Counted from the first letter of the stretch, positions 23,503 to 36,221 are shown. The stretch is 64,000 nucleotides of DNA from Alphaproteobacteria bacterium (GCA_965243135.1 OZ251539.1:3392001-3456000), one strand, 5' to 3'. The notes: generated by a model from the sequence alone, not told the origin. Numbers and translations are program-made.

Positions 23503-23838
23503 ATGAACATCACGTTCCGAATCCGCAAGCTTGAGAGGGTCTTCAATTCCGCAGATAACCTCAAGCGCGCCTATGGCAGGCAAAGGGCCAAGACCATCGA
23601 GAGACGCATGGCGGTGCTGAAGGCCGCCCCCGCTCTCGCTTCGGTGCCGACGCGCCCGCCGGAGCGGAGGCACATGCTTCAAGGGAAGCGGCATGAGCAA
23701 TTCGCGGTCGATCTCGATCAACCGTATCGGCTTGTTTTTCGCCCCGATCAAGATCCATTGCCGCGTAAAGACGACGGAGGGCTCGATGTCGAAAAAGTGA
23801 CGACCGTCAAGATCGTCGAAGTCATCGACTACCACTGA
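23503..23838 (+). CDS. higB: HigB/RelE-like toxin (killer-protein type)
   Basis: ITF...KL.RVF, PPERRH.L.G.R..QFAVDL.QPYRLVF.P, IVEVIDYH. Confidence 0.85.
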   Translation: MNITFRIRKLERVFNSADNLKRAYGRQRAKTIERRMAVLKAAPALASVPTRPPERRHMLQGKRHEQFAVDLDQPYRLVFRPDQDPLPRKDDGGLDVEKVTTVKIVEVIDYH

Positions 23839-23853
23839 CCGAGGAGAGAAAAA

Positions 23854-24933
23854 ATGATTGCGGCAAACCAGCATTTCGCGCCTGACTACGCCGTGGCCCC
23901 CGGGGAGGTGCTCGAAGAACATCTGGCCGCGCGCGGTCTTTCCCAGACCAGATTCGCCAAGCTATGCGGTCGCTCGTCCAAATTGATCAACGAGATCGTC
24001 TCCGGAAAAGCGCCCGTCGAACCGGAGACAGCCCTTGAGTTCGAAAGGGTCCTGGATCTCGACGCCCGAATTTGGCTGGGCATCGAATCGGAGTACCGGC
24101 TTCGTCTCGCTCGCCGAGCCGAGGCAGAGGAGACTGCGGCCGCTGTCGAGTGGAAGAACGAATTTCCGCTCCGCGAAATGAAAAAGCGCGGTTATTTGAA
24201 GAAATCTGCGTCGGACGCCGAGGTCGCGACAGAACTGCTTTCCTTCTTCGGAGTCGGCTCCATCGAAGCGTGGAGGACGAAGTATGCCGAATCGGCGGTA
24301 GCCTATCGCCACTCGCCGAGTTTCGGGAGCGACCGGGCCGCTCTGGCAGCATGGCTGCGTCTCGGGGAGCGGCATGCCGAAGGCCTGAATTGCGCGAATT
24401 ACGACCGCCAAAAGTTCATGAAGGCGACGCAACGGATTCGCCGCCTTACCCGAAAGCCCGTGAACGAGGCTCTGGCCGACGCGCAACGACTTTGCAGCGC
24501 TGCGGGAGTTGCGCTTGCTCTGATCAAGCCGCTTTCCGGAGCGGCTGTCAGCGGCGCCGCTTGGTGGCTGTCGCCCCGAAAAGCGGTGATCCAGCTCAGC
24601 ATGCGCCACAAGACGGACGACCATCTCTGGTTCAGTTTTTTCCACGAGGCCGCGCATGTTCTGCTCCACAGCAAGAGAAACACCTTCGTCGACGGCATGA
24701 AGGATCAGGCGGACGAAATCGAAGCGGAGGCCAACGAATGGGCCGGTGACAAGCTTGTCGCGCGGCGCGAATGGAAACGATTCGTCGAGACGCTACCGGC
24801 GGACGAAGACGCGGTTCGCGCCTTCGCCGAACGGCAGGAAATCGCTCCGGGCATCGTCGTCGGCAGGCTCCAGCACGAGCGACGTCTGCCATGGTCGCGT
24901 CTGAACCATTTGAAGGTCAGGCTCGAAGGGTGA
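23854..24933 (+). CDS. higA: HigA antitoxin with C-terminal ImmA/IrrE (M78) metallopeptidase domain
   Basis: PDYAVAPGEVLEE HTH domain; WFSFFHEAAHVLLH...EAEAN (HExxH). Confidence 0.88.
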   Translation: MIAANQHFAPDYAVAPGEVLEEHLAARGLSQTRFAKLCGRSSKLINEIVSGKAPVEPETALEFERVLDLDARIWLGIESEYRLRLARRAEAEETAAAVEWKNEFPLREMKKRGYLKKSASDAEVATELLSFFGVGSIEAWRTKYAESAVAYRHSPSFGSDRAALAAWLRLGERHAEGLNCANYDRQKFMKATQRIRRLTRKPVNEALADAQRLCSAAGVALALIKPLSGAAVSGAAWWLSPRKAVIQLSMRHKTDDHLWFSFFHEAAHVLLHSKRNTFVDGMKDQADEIEAEANEWAGDKLVARREWKRFVETLPADEDAVRAFAERQEIAPGIVVGRLQHERRLPWSRLNHLKVRLEG

Positions 24934-25084
24934 CGCGCCTCCGGCGCCGACAGGCTCGGTCGGCGCAGAACGCCTCGCGCGCCGCGCCGGTAGGCGAACG
25001 CGGCGGCCGCGAGCCGCGAACTTCCTCCGCCCGCGCCGCTCATGGTAGGCTTCGACGGGAATATGGAAACCGGGAGAGAGTCGG

Positions 25085-25699
25085 ATGGCCGATTTTCCGA
25101 TCGTTCCTTCGAACATGGCGCTGATCAACGTCGACATGCAGAACTGCTTCGTCGAGAACTCGCCCGTCGCCGCGCCGGGCGGCCTCGAGGTCCTGGAAAG
25201 AATCAATCGCCTGATCGCCGCCTGCCGGGACGCCGGAGTTCTCGTCGTGCACACCGCGCACGTCGTGCGCCCCGACGGCAGCAATATCGGCGTGATGGGC
25301 GAAATCGTTCCGCCGGTGAACGACGGCGTGATCGACAAGGGCGCGCAAAGCGCCGAACTGCATGGCGGCCTCGACGTCGCGGACGGCGACATTCTTCTCG
25401 ACAAGCCGCGCTTCGGATCGTTTCACGGCACCGACCTCGAACTGATCCTGCGCGCCCGCGGCATCGACACCATCGTCGTCACCGGCATCTGCACCAACAT
25501 CTGCTGCGAAACCACGGCGCGCGAGGCGAACGTCCGCGATTTCCGGGTCTTCTTTCTCACCGACGGCACGGCGACGTTCGGCATCGGCGACTTGACGGCG
25601 GAAGACATCCAGGCGGCGACCTGCGCCACCCTCGGCTTCGCGTTCGCGCAGCTCGCCACCGTCGACGAGATGATCGCCGGACTGCGGCGGTCCGGCTGA
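25085..25699 (+). CDS. Isochorismatase-family cysteine hydrolase
   Basis: [34 protein letters not shown]. Confidence 0.9.
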   Translation: MADFPIVPSNMALINVDMQNCFVENSPVAAPGGLEVLERINRLIAACRDAGVLVVHTAHVVRPDGSNIGVMGEIVPPVNDGVIDKGAQSAELHGGLDVADGDILLDKPRFGSFHGTDLELILRARGIDTIVVTGICTNICCETTAREANVRDFRVFFLTDGTATFGIGDLTAEDIQAATCATLGFAFAQLATVDEMIAGLRRSG

Positions 25700-25728
25700 G
25701 CGGCGCCGCGCCGCGAGCGCGGTCTCCG

Positions 25729-26601
25729 TCAGACCGGCTGGCGCACCAGCTTTTCGTAATCTTCGAGCAATGTCCGGCTGATCGAACCGACCTGCATGTG
25801 ATATTCGTCGATCCGGCCGACCGGCGTCACTTCCGCCGCGGTTCCGGTGACGAAAACCTCGTCCGCGGACGTCAACTCTTCCGGCATGATCGCCCGCTCG
25901 ACGACCTCTATGTCGCGCTTCCTGGCCAGCCCGATCACGGTTTGACGCGTGATTCCGTCCAGAAAGCAGTCGGGCAACGGAGTGTGAATCTTCCCTTCCC
26001 GGACGAGGAAGATGTTCGCTCCGGTCGTTTCGGCGACCCGTCCGCGCCAGTCCAGCATGAGTGCGTCGTCGAATCCTTCGGCTTCCGCGGCGTGCTTGCT
26101 CAGGGTGCAGATCATGTAGAGCCCCGACGCCTTGGCGTGAACGGGCGCCGTGTCGGGCGCCGGGCGGCGCCATTGCGAGGTCTTCAGCTTGATTCCGCGC
26201 GTCCGCGCGTCGGGCGAAAAATAGGACGGCCACTCCCAGACCGCGATCGCCACGTGGATTTTCGTATCCTGCGCCGAAACGCCCATCATCTCGCTTCCGC
26301 GCCAGGCGACCGGACGCACGTAGGCGTCCGCGTAACCCTGCGCCGCCACCGTTTCGCGAGTCGCCCGCTCAAGCTCGTCGAGGGAATACGGCAGTTCGAT
26401 TCCCAAGGCCGCCGCGGATTCGATCAGGCGTTGCGTGTGCTCCCGAAGCTTGAAGACCTCGCCGCCGTAAACGCGCTCTCCCTCGAACACGCAACTGCCG
26501 TAATGAAGGCCGTGCGACAGGACGTGCAACTGGGAATCCCGCCAAGGCACCAGTTCCCCATCGTACCAGATATGCCCGTCCCGGTCGTCGAAGTTCGCCA
26601 T
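25729..26601 (-). CDS. ilvE: Branched-chain amino acid aminotransferase
   Basis: HGLHYG..VFEG.R, AKASGLY, E.TGANIF, LDGITR, GTAAEVTP. Confidence 0.95.
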   Translation of the reverse strand: MANFDDRDGHIWYDGELVPWRDSQLHVLSHGLHYGSCVFEGERVYGGEVFKLREHTQRLIESAAALGIELPYSLDELERATRETVAAQGYADAYVRPVAWRGSEMMGVSAQDTKIHVAIAVWEWPSYFSPDARTRGIKLKTSQWRRPAPDTAPVHAKASGLYMICTLSKHAAEAEGFDDALMLDWRGRVAETTGANIFLVREGKIHTPLPDCFLDGITRQTVIGLARKRDIEVVERAIMPEELTSADEVFVTGTAAEVTPVGRIDEYHMQVGSISRTLLEDYEKLVRQPV

Positions 26602-26665
26602 CGTTTTCACGCTCCGTCCGCATGTCGTATTGCATAACCAATCGTTGGAACTAATATACGACAAC

Positions 26666-27133
26666 ATGACTGACGTAAAGTCCGGTATCAATCCGCTCTA
26701 CCTGCGCGAAGAGGATCTTCGCCAGGGAATGGAACTGCTTTATTTCGCCTATCGCGACTTCACGACGGAACCGGACGCCATCCTCGGCAAATACGGGTTC
26801 GGACGGGCGCACCACCGCGTGATCTACTTCGTCGGCCGCAATCCGCAGATCACCGTTTCCGAGCTCCTGTCGATTCTCCGGATCACCAAGCAAAGCCTGT
26901 CGCGGGTGCTCGGCCAGCTCGTGCGCGACGGATTCGTCGTGCAACGCAAGGGGGAGAGCGACCGGCGCCAACGGCTTCTGGAACTCACGCCGAAGGGCGT
27001 CGAACTCGAAAGACGCCTCTCGGAGAGCCAGCGCAAGAGAATCGCGGACGCCTACCGCGAGGCCGGCGCGGAGGCCGTCGAGGGATTTCGGCGGGTGCTG
27101 AGCGGCATGATCGGCGACGCTCGCCACAAGTAA
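26666..27133 (+). CDS. MarR family regulator (PetP-like)
   Basis: FAYRDFT, GFGRAHHR, LLSILRITKQSL.RVL; divergent from ilvE. Confidence 0.9.
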   Translation: MTDVKSGINPLYLREEDLRQGMELLYFAYRDFTTEPDAILGKYGFGRAHHRVIYFVGRNPQITVSELLSILRITKQSLSRVLGQLVRDGFVVQRKGESDRRQRLLELTPKGVELERRLSESQRKRIADAYREAGAEAVEGFRRVLSGMIGDARHK

Positions 27134-27256
27134 CGACCCGGGCCCTCGGCGCGTCCTGCGGCCGCCGACCCGGCTTCGCGGCGTTTCGCGAGGACGCCGC
27201 GGGACGGACCGCAGGCGAATCGCCGCAAACGCGGCTTGGAGGAGTCCTCCGCGGCT

Positions 27257-28039
27257 TCAGCGCTCCGCGAAATGACCGAGCGGGCCATGCCCGGCGCCAA
27301 GTCCGGGCGCGCGGCGAATCGCCTCGACCACATAGGCCTGCGCCCGGCCGACCGCCGCCGGCAGCTTCATGCCCTGGGCGATCCCGGTCGCGACGGCCGA
27401 CGCGAGCGTGCAGCCGGTGCCGTGCGTATGCGCGGTCTCGATGCGCGCGGTCTCGAAAACGTGGATGGACCCGTCGTCGAGCAGCACGTCGAACAGCCGG
27501 TCCCCGTCCATATGCCCTCCCTTTACGAGCACCGCGCCGGGGCCGGCGTCCGCGAGCGCGTACGCGGCTTCCTCCATCTCTTCCCTGGAAGCGATGCGCC
27601 GTCCCAGCAGGGTTTCCGCTTCCGGAACGTTCGGGGTGACGATGGCGGCCAGCGGCAACAAGCGCTCCCGCAGGGCGCCGACCGCATCGGAATCGAGAAG
27701 CGGCGCGCCTCCTTTCGCGACCATCACCGGATCGGCGACAAGGGGAATCTTCGCCGCCGAGGCGACGTCGCATACGGCTTCGATCACTTCGGCGTTGTGG
27801 AGCATGCCCGTTTTCAGGCAATCGGCGCCTATGTCGTCGAGCACCGCATCCATCTGCTTCCGGATGAAGGCCGGCTCGACGCCGAGCACGCCGTGGACCC
27901 CGAGCGTGTTCTGCGCCGTAAGCGCCGTCACCGCCGTCGCGGCGTACCCTCCCAGCCCCGTTACCGTCTTGATGTCCGCCTGAATGCCGGCCCCGCCGCC
28001 GGAATCGGAACCGGCGACGACCAGAACCCGCCCCTTCAT
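27257..28039 (-). CDS. thiD: HMP/HMP-P kinase
   Basis: [40 protein letters not shown]. Confidence 0.96.
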   Translation of the reverse strand: MKGRVLVVAGSDSGGGAGIQADIKTVTGLGGYAATAVTALTAQNTLGVHGVLGVEPAFIRKQMDAVLDDIGADCLKTGMLHNAEVIEAVCDVASAAKIPLVADPVMVAKGGAPLLDSDAVGALRERLLPLAAIVTPNVPEAETLLGRRIASREEMEEAAYALADAGPGAVLVKGGHMDGDRLFDVLLDDGSIHVFETARIETAHTHGTGCTLASAVATGIAQGMKLPAAVGRAQAYVVEAIRRAPGLGAGHGPLGHFAER

Positions 28040-29394
28040 GCCGAACGTTCCCCGGCGGCATGTTCGATCGCGTCGACGATCTCGCCGACGACGGCGGCGA
28101 TCAGAGCGGAATCCTCTCCCTCCGCCATTACCCGGAGAACGGGTTCCGTCCCCGACTTTCGGACCAGAAGCCGCCCCTCCGCGCCGAGCCGGTCCTCTCC
28201 GTTCCTGATCGCCCTGACTATTCCGTCGTCCGTCAGGGACGGAGGCCGGGCGACCCTCACGTTTTCGAGGATTTGCGGGAGCGGATCGAATCGATGCCCG
28301 ATTTCGCTGAGCTTTCGCCCCGATCCGACCATCATCGAAAGCAGCTGCAGCGCGGCGACGAGGCCGTCGCCCGTCGTCGCGTAGTCGCCCAGCACGATAT
28401 GCCCCGACTGTTCGCCCCCGACGTTGAGGCCGTGCGCCCGCATGTGCTCCGCGACGTAGCGGTCGCCGACCGGCGCCCGGACGAGCCTGAGGCCGAGGCC
28501 GTTCAGATAGCGCTCGAGCCCGAGATTGGACAGAACCGTCGTCACGACTCCGTCGCCCTTCAACCGGCCCGTCCCGAGCCACAAATCGGCGATCGCCGCC
28601 ATCAACTGGTCGCCGTCGAGCAGCGCGCCGGTCTCGTCCGCGACGAGGACCCGGTCGGCGTCGCCGTCGAGGGCGATGCCGAGATCGGCGCCGTGCTCGA
28701 CCACCAGCCGGCGCATGGAGTCCGTGTTGGTGCTGCCGCAGTCCTGGTTGATGTTGAACCCGTCGGGCGCGGCGCCGCAGGTTACGATCTCCGCCCCGAG
28801 TTCCCACAGGGTAGCCGGCGCGACCTTGTAGGCGGCACCGTGCGCGCAATCGATCACCACCTTCAGACCGTCGAGTCTCTGTCCTCGCGGAAAGGTGCTC
28901 TTCACGAACTCGATGTAGCGGCCCTCGGCGTCGTCGAGGCGGCGGGCGCGGCCGAGCTCCGCGGGCGCCGCCAGCTCTTCGGTGATGTCCGAGTCGATCA
29001 GGGTCTCTATCTTCTCCTCCGTCCGATCGGACAGCTTGTAGCCGTCCGGCCCGAACAGCTTGATGCCGTTGTCCTGATAAGGATTGTGGGAAGCGGAAAT
29101 CATGACGCCGAGATCCGCTCGCAGATTGCGGGTCAGCATAGCGACCGCCGGCGTCGGCATCGGCCCCGCCAGAATGACGTCCATTCCCATGGCGATGAAG
29201 CCGGCCGTGAGCGCCGGCTCCAGCAGGTAGCCGGAGAGTCGGGTGTCCTTGCCGATCACCACCGAGTGACGATGCGCCCCGCGGGTGAAGATGCGGCCGG
29301 CCGCCATGCCCGTCCGTAACGCTGTCGCGGCCGTCATGGGTTCGGTGTTCGCGAGGCCGCGAAGGCCGTCGGTGCCAAAAAGCCTTCGCGCCAT
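28036..29394 (-). CDS. glmM: Phosphoglucosamine mutase
   Basis: FGTDG, ISASHNP, DGDADR, GGEQSGH, RKSGTEP. Confidence 0.97.
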   Translation of the reverse strand: MARRLFGTDGLRGLANTEPMTAATALRTGMAAGRIFTRGAHRHSVVIGKDTRLSGYLLEPALTAGFIAMGMDVILAGPMPTPAVAMLTRNLRADLGVMISASHNPYQDNGIKLFGPDGYKLSDRTEEKIETLIDSDITEELAAPAELGRARRLDDAEGRYIEFVKSTFPRGQRLDGLKVVIDCAHGAAYKVAPATLWELGAEIVTCGAAPDGFNINQDCGSTNTDSMRRLVVEHGADLGIALDGDADRVLVADETGALLDGDQLMAAIADLWLGTGRLKGDGVVTTVLSNLGLERYLNGLGLRLVRAPVGDRYVAEHMRAHGLNVGGEQSGHIVLGDYATTGDGLVAALQLLSMMVGSGRKLSEIGHRFDPLPQILENVRVARPPSLTDDGIVRAIRNGEDRLGAEGRLLVRKSGTEPVLRVMAEGEDSALIAAVVGEIVDAIEHAAGERSA

Positions 29395-29429
29395 TTTGCG
29401 CTCGTTCTCCACGCGACAGAGAACGGCGA

Positions 29430-30485
29430 TTATAGCAGGTCGGCTCCGGAGGTCATCGCCCGCCAGATCGCGATCGCTTGGCGGATCTCGCCGACGTCGT
29501 GCACCCGATGCAGCTGCACGCCGCGCGAAAGCGCGATCGCCGTCGCCATTATCGTGCCCGGAACCCGGTCGCGCGGATTCGCCGCGCCGGCGACGCGTCC
29601 GATGAAGCTCTTGCGCGACGCGCCGATCATTACGGCGCAGCCTAGGCCGTGGAACGACCCGGCGCGATCGAGGAGTTCCACGTTGTGATCGTCCGACTTG
29701 CCGAATCCGATCCCGGGGTCCACGGCGATGCGGTCGCGCTCGATGCCGGCCGCAAGGCAGGCCGCGACGCGCCGTTCCAGCCAGCGGAAAATGTCGAAGG
29801 AAGCCAGACGGTATGCCGGCGCCAACTGCATCGTCCGGGGATCGCCCTGCATATGCATGAGAATCACCGACGCCCGAGAGGCGGCGACCGTCTCGAGCGA
29901 CTCGGGATCGCCCGTCAGCGCCGACACGTCGTTGACGATCGCCGCGCCGGCGGCCAAGGCCTGCCGCATGACCTCCGCTCGACGGGTATCGACCGAAACC
30001 GGTACGCCGCTCACCGCTTCGATCACCGGCAAGACGCGGCGCAATTCCTGGGAGACGGAGACCGGCTCCGCGCCCGGACGGGTCGATTCGCCCCCTATGT
30101 CGACGATATCGGCCCCCGCTTCGACAAGTTCGTGAGCCCGGTCGATCGCGCGCGGCGGATCGCCGTCGCCTCCGGAAAAGCTGTCGGGCGTCGCGTTCAC
30201 CACCGCGACGATCCTGGGACGGTCGATCTCGACCCCGGCGAACGGCATTCTCTCGCCCGAGAGCAACGCCATGCGCCGCGAAAAACGCCGGGATGCTTCG
30301 GCGAGATCGATCAGGCGGAACGCCGGCTTCGCCGCCGCTCTGATCTCCTCGACGGTCGAAAACGCGACCCGACCGCCCGCGAGACTCGCCGCGCCGCCGT
30401 CGGCCAGCGCCGCCGCCGCCGCCGCGCCGGTCAGAAATCCCGCCGGATTGAGAACCGCTCTCCGGGCCGCGGCGCCGGGAGGCAT
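29430..30485 (-). CDS. folP: Dihydropteroate synthase (N-terminally extended)
   Basis: [41 protein letters not shown]. Confidence 0.93.
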   Translation of the reverse strand: MPPGAAARRAVLNPAGFLTGAAAAAALADGGAASLAGGRVAFSTVEEIRAAAKPAFRLIDLAEASRRFSRRMALLSGERMPFAGVEIDRPRIVAVVNATPDSFSGGDGDPPRAIDRAHELVEAGADIVDIGGESTRPGAEPVSVSQELRRVLPVIEAVSGVPVSVDTRRAEVMRQALAAGAAIVNDVSALTGDPESLETVAASRASVILMHMQGDPRTMQLAPAYRLASFDIFRWLERRVAACLAAGIERDRIAVDPGIGFGKSDDHNVELLDRAGSFHGLGCAVMIGASRKSFIGRVAGAANPRDRVPGTIMATAIALSRGVQLHRVHDVGEIRQAIAIWRAMTSGADLL

Positions 30486-32428
30486 CAGGTGCCGGGTTGC
30501 GGTTCCGGATTAAGGTTTCCCGCGTCTCCGCCCTTCTTCCGGAAAGGCTTCTTCTTGCCGGACGTCGGCACCGACGATTTTCGTTCGGCTCCGGCCGCAG
30601 GTTCCTCCGGCGCGGGACGGTAGACCGGCTCGCCGCGCAACACCGCCCCGACCTCGTCGCCGGACAGGCTTTCGTACTCCAGAAGCGCCTTGGCCAAAAC
30701 GTCGAGATCCGCGCGGCGTTCGGTAAGGATGCGCCGGGCCGTCCGTTCCGCTTCCTCGATGAGGCGGCGGATTTCGGAGTCGATCTTCTCGGCCGTGCTG
30801 TCGGACACGTTCTTCCGCTGCGTCACCGAATGGCCGAGGAACACTTCCTGTTCGTTGTCGGTGTAGCGCAGCGGACCGAGCACGTCGGAGAAGCCGAATT
30901 CGGTAATCATGCGGCGCGCGAGATCCGTCGCCTGGCGGATATCGTCCCCGGCGCCCGTCGTGACGTTGTCGACGCCGAACACCAGCTCTTCGGCGACGCG
31001 GCCGCCGAACATCATGGCGAGCCGCGATCGAAGCTCGACCTTGGAGTATCCGTATCGGTCGCGCTCGGGAAGCGACATCGTGACGCCGAGCGCGCGCCCG
31101 CGCGGGATGATCGTCACCTTGTGGAGCGGGTCGTGCTTCGGCACGGAAAGGGCCACCAGCGCGTGCCCGCCCTCGTGATAGGCGGTCAGCGCCTTTTCGT
31201 CTTCGGTCATGACCATCGAGCGCCGTTCCGCGCCCATCATCACCTTGTCCTTGGCGTTCTCGAACTCGGTCATCGTCACGAGACGCTTGTTCTTCCGCGC
31301 GGCCAGCAACGCGGCCTCGTTGACGAGGTTCGCGAGATCCGCCCCGGAGAAGCCGGGCGTGCCGCGCGCGACGACCTTCGCGTCGACGTCGGGCGCGAGC
31401 GGCACCTTCTTCATATGGACCTTGAGAATCATCTCGCGGCCCAGCACGTCGGGATTCGGCACGGTCACCTGCCGATCGAAACGGCCCGGCCGGAGCAGCG
31501 CCGGATCGAGGACGTCCGGCCGGTTGGTCGCGGCGATGAGGATCACGCCCTCGTTGGCCTCGAATCCGTCCATCTCGACCAGCAGCTGGTTGAGGGTCTG
31601 CTCGCGCTCGTCGTTGCCGCCGCCGAGCCCGGCTCCCCGATGGCGTCCGACGGCGTCGATCTCGTCGATGAATATGATGCAGGGCGCATTCTTTTTGCCC
31701 TGCTCGAACATGTCGCGCACCCGGCTCGCGCCGACGCCGACGAACATCTCCACGAAATCCGAACCGGAAATCGTGAAGAACGGCACGTTCGCCTCGCCGG
31801 CGATCGCCCGGGCGAGGAGCGTCTTTCCGGTGCCGGGGGGTCCCACCAGCAGCACGCCCTTGGGGATCTTGCCGCCCAGGCGCTGGAATTTCTGAGGATC
31901 CCTCAGGAACTCCACCACCTCCTCGAGTTCCTGCTTCGCCTCCTCGATCCCGGCGACGTCCTCGAACGTCACCCTGCCGACCTTTTCCGTGAGCAGCCGG
32001 GCGCGCGACTTGCCGAAGCCCATCGCCTTGCCGCCGCCCGACTGCATCTGGCGCATGAAGAATATCCAGATGCCGATCAGCAGCAGCATCGGGAACCAGG
32101 ATATCAGTATGCTGAGCAGCGAAGGCGATCCGTCGTCGGCGGGAATCGCGCGGATCACGACGCCGTGCTTCTGAAGCTTGTCCACCAGGTTCGGATCGTT
32201 CGGCGCGTAGGTCGAGAACGAACGCCCGTCCTTGCGCACCCCGGAAATGCTGTTGCCCTTTATGGTGACTTCGCCGATCTGGCCGCCCTCGACGTCGGCC
32301 AGAAATTCCGAGAACGCCAGCCCCGACCGGGCGCTCCTGTCGGAAGGCGGCTGGAACAGATTGAAGAGCGCCACCAGGAGAAGGCCGATTATGACCCACA
32401 GCGCGAGGTTCTTGCCGAAATTGCTCAC
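30485..32428 (-). CDS. ftsH: ATP-dependent zinc metalloprotease FtsH
   Basis: Two TM helices, [30 protein letters not shown]; GTG start. Confidence 0.97.
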   Translation of the reverse strand: MSNFGKNLALWVIIGLLLVALFNLFQPPSDRSARSGLAFSEFLADVEGGQIGEVTIKGNSISGVRKDGRSFSTYAPNDPNLVDKLQKHGVVIRAIPADDGSPSLLSILISWFPMLLLIGIWIFFMRQMQSGGGKAMGFGKSRARLLTEKVGRVTFEDVAGIEEAKQELEEVVEFLRDPQKFQRLGGKIPKGVLLVGPPGTGKTLLARAIAGEANVPFFTISGSDFVEMFVGVGASRVRDMFEQGKKNAPCIIFIDEIDAVGRHRGAGLGGGNDEREQTLNQLLVEMDGFEANEGVILIAATNRPDVLDPALLRPGRFDRQVTVPNPDVLGREMILKVHMKKVPLAPDVDAKVVARGTPGFSGADLANLVNEAALLAARKNKRLVTMTEFENAKDKVMMGAERRSMVMTEDEKALTAYHEGGHALVALSVPKHDPLHKVTIIPRGRALGVTMSLPERDRYGYSKVELRSRLAMMFGGRVAEELVFGVDNVTTGAGDDIRQATDLARRMITEFGFSDVLGPLRYTDNEQEVFLGHSVTQRKNVSDSTAEKIDSEIRRLIEEAERTARRILTERRADLDVLAKALLEYESLSGDEVGAVLRGEPVYRPAPEEPAAGAERKSSVPTSGKKKPFRKKGGDAGNLNPEPQPGT

Positions 32429-32463
32429 AGGATCCCTTCCGTAAGGCGGCGAGACGGCCCCTA

Positions 32464-33786
32464 TTAGATAATGCGCGGAACCGGTTTGGCAACCGCGAAG
32501 GGCGGACCGCAAAGCGGCGCGTCCGGCCTGAACCGCGCATCCCTCAAAAGACGCTCGCCGGATTGAGTATAACCGATATGCGGGGCTTCGATCACCTCGC
32601 CGCCGACCCAGAGGGCGGGCAGCCCGAAACGGACCGGTCCCGGCAGGCGACGCGCCGCCTCCGGATCGGCCCGCGGCATCGCCGCCTGCCAGCCGGCTTC
32701 GCCCAGCGCCCTGATTTCGGCAGGCCGCGACCGCGCGGCCGGCGCCGCTTCGATATCGAAGCGGCGGTCCCAGCGCATTCGTCCTTCGCCGCGGACCGGC
32801 CTCGCCTCGAGAGCCGTTCCCGGTTCCCGGCATACGCGAAAGCCGCCGGAAATCGGAACGATCAGGCAGTTTCCGAGCGTGCGCCCCGGTCCGCCGCGAA
32901 GGGACGCGAGCAGGCGTTCGACGCTCCGGCGGCGCACGGGACGGCGCGCGCCGCCGACCGCGCGCAGCAGCCCCGAAAGCAGGCCGCGGGAAGTTTCCGC
33001 TTCCGCGTCGCGAAACGCCTCTCCGTCCACCTCCGCGTACCCCTCGGGAAAAAACGCCACCGACCGCGCGGCGAGCCCCGAAACGGCGCGGTCTTGCGCC
33101 GACCTCCGGTCGCCGAGCGCCGCCGCCGCCCGGCCCACCGCCTCCGCCGGGATTCCCGCGGCCCGAAGGTCGGCCATGCGCGTCCTCGCCTCGACTCTCG
33201 CGAACCGCGGATCCTCGTTCGAGGGATCCTCGATCCAGGGCTGGCCCGCCGCGCGAAGAAAGGCCGTCAGCCGCGCGGGCGCCACGCCGAGCAGCGGCCG
33301 GACGATGCGGACGCCGTCGCGCGCCGTCGTCGACGGCATCGCGGCAAGGCCGTCGGCCCCGCTGCCGCGCTGCATCCGGATTAGAAACGTCTCCGCCTGA
33401 TCCTCGAGATGATGGCCGACGAGAAGATGCGGAAATCCGCGGTCGCGACACCATTGCGCCAACAATCCGTAACGCGCGTCGCGCGACGCCTCCTGAATCC
33501 CGGACGAGGGCTTGCGGCCCGTCCACGCCAGGACGCAGTGGGGAATCCGCCGCGAGGCGCACCATGCCGCGACCTGCGCGGCTTCGGCGGCGGAGCCGGC
33601 GCGGAGGCCGTGATCGACCGTCAGCGCGGCGACGCGGGCGCCCGGCGCCCAATCCTTCGCGAGCAGCAGCAAAGCCATGCTGTCGGCGCCGCCGGACACC
33701 GCGACGGCGACCCGCGGAGCGGGACCGAAGGGGCCGGCCGCCGCCATCCGTTCCCGGAATTCGGAAACCGCGAATGGACCGTTCAC
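32464..33786 (-). CDS. tilS: tRNA(Ile)-lysidine synthetase
   Basis: [33 protein letters not shown]. Confidence 0.94.
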   Translation of the reverse strand: MNGPFAVSEFRERMAAAGPFGPAPRVAVAVSGGADSMALLLLAKDWAPGARVAALTVDHGLRAGSAAEAAQVAAWCASRRIPHCVLAWTGRKPSSGIQEASRDARYGLLAQWCRDRGFPHLLVGHHLEDQAETFLIRMQRGSGADGLAAMPSTTARDGVRIVRPLLGVAPARLTAFLRAAGQPWIEDPSNEDPRFARVEARTRMADLRAAGIPAEAVGRAAAALGDRRSAQDRAVSGLAARSVAFFPEGYAEVDGEAFRDAEAETSRGLLSGLLRAVGGARRPVRRRSVERLLASLRGGPGRTLGNCLIVPISGGFRVCREPGTALEARPVRGEGRMRWDRRFDIEAAPAARSRPAEIRALGEAGWQAAMPRADPEAARRLPGPVRFGLPALWVGGEVIEAPHIGYTQSGERLLRDARFRPDAPLCGPPFAVAKPVPRII

Positions 33787-34709
33787 TGGCACTTCGCGCG
33801 GCCTTGCTCCTGCTTCACCTGCGCCTTCAGCCGCTTGCTCGCCTTGGGAAACGAGGCGAGCAACGCCGAATAGGCGGTGCATGCCTCCGCACGCTTGTCC
33901 AGCTTCGTAAGGGACACGCCGAGCTTGAGAAGGCTCTCGGCGGCTTTCTCGCCCTTGGGAAACTGCTCGAAACCCTTGCCGTAAGCGCGCGCGGCATCGC
34001 GGAATTGCTTGCGCACGAAATAGGTCTGGCCGAGGTAGTAGTGGGCTCTGGACGCCAGTTCATGCTTCGGATTGCCCTTCAGGAACGCGCGCAGGATCTT
34101 CTCCGCGCCCGCGTAATCCTGCTTCTGCAACATCAGGTTTATGGCCGCGTCGTACTGTTCCTCCGGCGCCTGCGCGGTCGAGGCTCCGTCTTTCCGTCCC
34201 GGCGGAGCGGGGCGGGGAACGCCCGGCGGACGCGGCGCCGCGGCGCCGGTCGCCGCTCCGGAGTCCGCCGCGGGTTGCCGGCCGATCCCGGGAGGGCCGG
34301 CCTCGAGCCGGTCGACGCGGTCCCGCAACTGCCGCAGTTCCTGGCCGAGTTCCTCCATCCGCCCGGTTCGCAACTGCCGCAATTCGTGACCGAGCTCCTC
34401 CAGACGTCCGGTGAGGCGCCGGAGTTCGTTCTCGATCAGGTTCAACTGGACGGTGCCTCTCGCCACCGCCTTTCCGGTCTCCGCGGGCGCGGACGGAACC
34501 GGCCTGACGCCGCTCCGGTGGAACTGGCGCTGCAACGTGGTCAGTTCGCGCTGAAGACGATCGACCCGGTTCAGCAGGTTCTGGATATCCGGATTCTGCG
34601 CCGCGGCCGGAAGCGCCCAAGCCGTCGCGGCCACGACCGCGACGAACGCCAGCGCCAGAAGCTTCGATCCGCTTCCGGGCCGTCCCGGCTCGATTCGCCC
34701 TGGCGTCAT
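33783..34709 (-). CDS. cpoB: Tol-Pal system TPR protein CpoB/YbgF
   Basis: Signal peptide, coiled coil, C-terminal TPRs (AHYYLG, SLLKLG, EAC); between pal and tilS. Confidence 0.88.
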   Translation of the reverse strand: MTPGRIEPGRPGSGSKLLALAFVAVVAATAWALPAAAQNPDIQNLLNRVDRLQRELTTLQRQFHRSGVRPVPSAPAETGKAVARGTVQLNLIENELRRLTGRLEELGHELRQLRTGRMEELGQELRQLRDRVDRLEAGPPGIGRQPAADSGAATGAAAPRPPGVPRPAPPGRKDGASTAQAPEEQYDAAINLMLQKQDYAGAEKILRAFLKGNPKHELASRAHYYLGQTYFVRKQFRDAARAYGKGFEQFPKGEKAAESLLKLGVSLTKLDKRAEACTAYSALLASFPKASKRLKAQVKQEQGRAKCQ

Positions 34710-34719
34710 CGCGGACCGG

Positions 34720-35268
34720 TCAAGTGGCGCCGCCTTCCACGACCGTCACCGCCCGCCGGTTGGCGGCCCAGGCCGCCTCGTTCGAGTCAGGATCGATCGG
34801 TCGCTCCTTGCCGTAGCTCACGGTCCGGACCCTGTTGGGCTCGATGCCGAGAGCGATCATGTAATCGCGCACCGAGTTGGCGCGCCGCTCGCCCAGCGCC
34901 AGATTGTATTCCCGCGTCCCCCGCTCGTCGGCATGGCCCTCGACCGTGACGCTTACGCCCGGGAACCGGCTCAGCCAAATGGCCTGGTTTTCGACGACCA
35001 GGCGCGCCTCGTCGGAAAGGTCGTACCTGTCGAACTCGAACTGCACCCGGTCGCCTACGTTCGTCACGAAGTCCCCGGCGCTGCCGGACGGGCTGGCCAG
35101 GTTCTGGCTCTCGACGGTGCCTTCCAGAGGCTCGGAGGCCACCCCGCCGGAATCCGCGGATCCGGTCACGGAACCGTCGCCGCCCGCGTCGGAAATTATC
35201 TGTTGCGGCGATTCGCACGCTGCGAGCAGCAGGCCAGCCAGCGCACAAGCGACATGAGCGAAACGCAT
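34720..35268 (-). CDS. pal: Peptidoglycan-associated lipoprotein
   Basis: Lipobox LAAC, EGHADERGTREYNLALGERRA, SYGKERP. Confidence 0.96.
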   Translation of the reverse strand: MRFAHVACALAGLLLAACESPQQIISDAGGDGSVTGSADSGGVASEPLEGTVESQNLASPSGSAGDFVTNVGDRVQFEFDRYDLSDEARLVVENQAIWLSRFPGVSVTVEGHADERGTREYNLALGERRANSVRDYMIALGIEPNRVRTVSYGKERPIDPDSNEAAWAANRRAVTVVEGGAT

Positions 35269-36221
35269 CTGAGCATTCTCCGATTGTTTGGCGGGAACGG
35301 CAGCGGAAACGATAACCGCCGCGGCGCGAAATCGCAAGTCCCAAGCATGGCGGCGCGGAACGACGATTTTACGGGGCGCGCGTCGACGAAGCGACGCCGG
35401 GATTCCGGACCGGCTCCGCTCGACGGCCGCACCGTCCGAACCGGGCCGGCGCCCGGCTGCTCGCCTGGATTCGGCTTCGCGCGCGCAGTTGGCAAGACTG
35501 TCGGAGCGACGGGCTGCAGCGGCCCGCGCTCTGCGCGTCGGCGCGGCCGGGCCACGCCGATTCGCGTTTCGGGGCGTAGGCACGATAAACGGTATCCGGA
35601 AATCGGAGTTGACAGGGAGGGGGCGAGTTCAACCGGTCCAGGCCCCCGAAGCGGTGTGCCGAGATGCGGAATTCTCGAGCGGTGCCGACGCGGCGAGCGC
35701 ACGGTTCGCTCGCAGTCAGCCGTTCGGGAACAGCGGACGAACCTGGGAACGCTCGCCGACCTCGGCCGGGCGGCTTGCGGCGCCCCGTCGTCGACGCCGA
35801 AAACGAATGCCCGGAGCGGAAACGAAACCCGTCTCGTCAACGTCGAGCGGGAGGCGCTCTACCGGCGCCGGGCGCCTGTCTCGAAGCGTGGCGACTGGTT
35901 CGCCACAGCCGCTTCGAGCATCCGTTTCTCGCCGAACGCTTGCCGTGCAACTCGGCCATGTCGCCGCGCCCGAGGCGGTCCGCCGCGGCGCGAAGAACGC
36001 GCTGCGGAGAAACGCCGCTCCGCGTCGCCCGTGAGGACGGCAAGCTTCGGCGGCGAATTCTCCGGGATTCCGTCGTCGTCCGCCCCGTAGACTGTCGACG
36101 AAAGGCCGAACGCGGAACGAACCTCCCCTGCGCCGCAAGGTCGAAGCGCTGCCGCGCGCGGAGAAAGCCGGTCTTCTTCTTGAGGAACGCACCGTCGCGG
36201 TAGCCGCCCGAGGCGGGCTGG

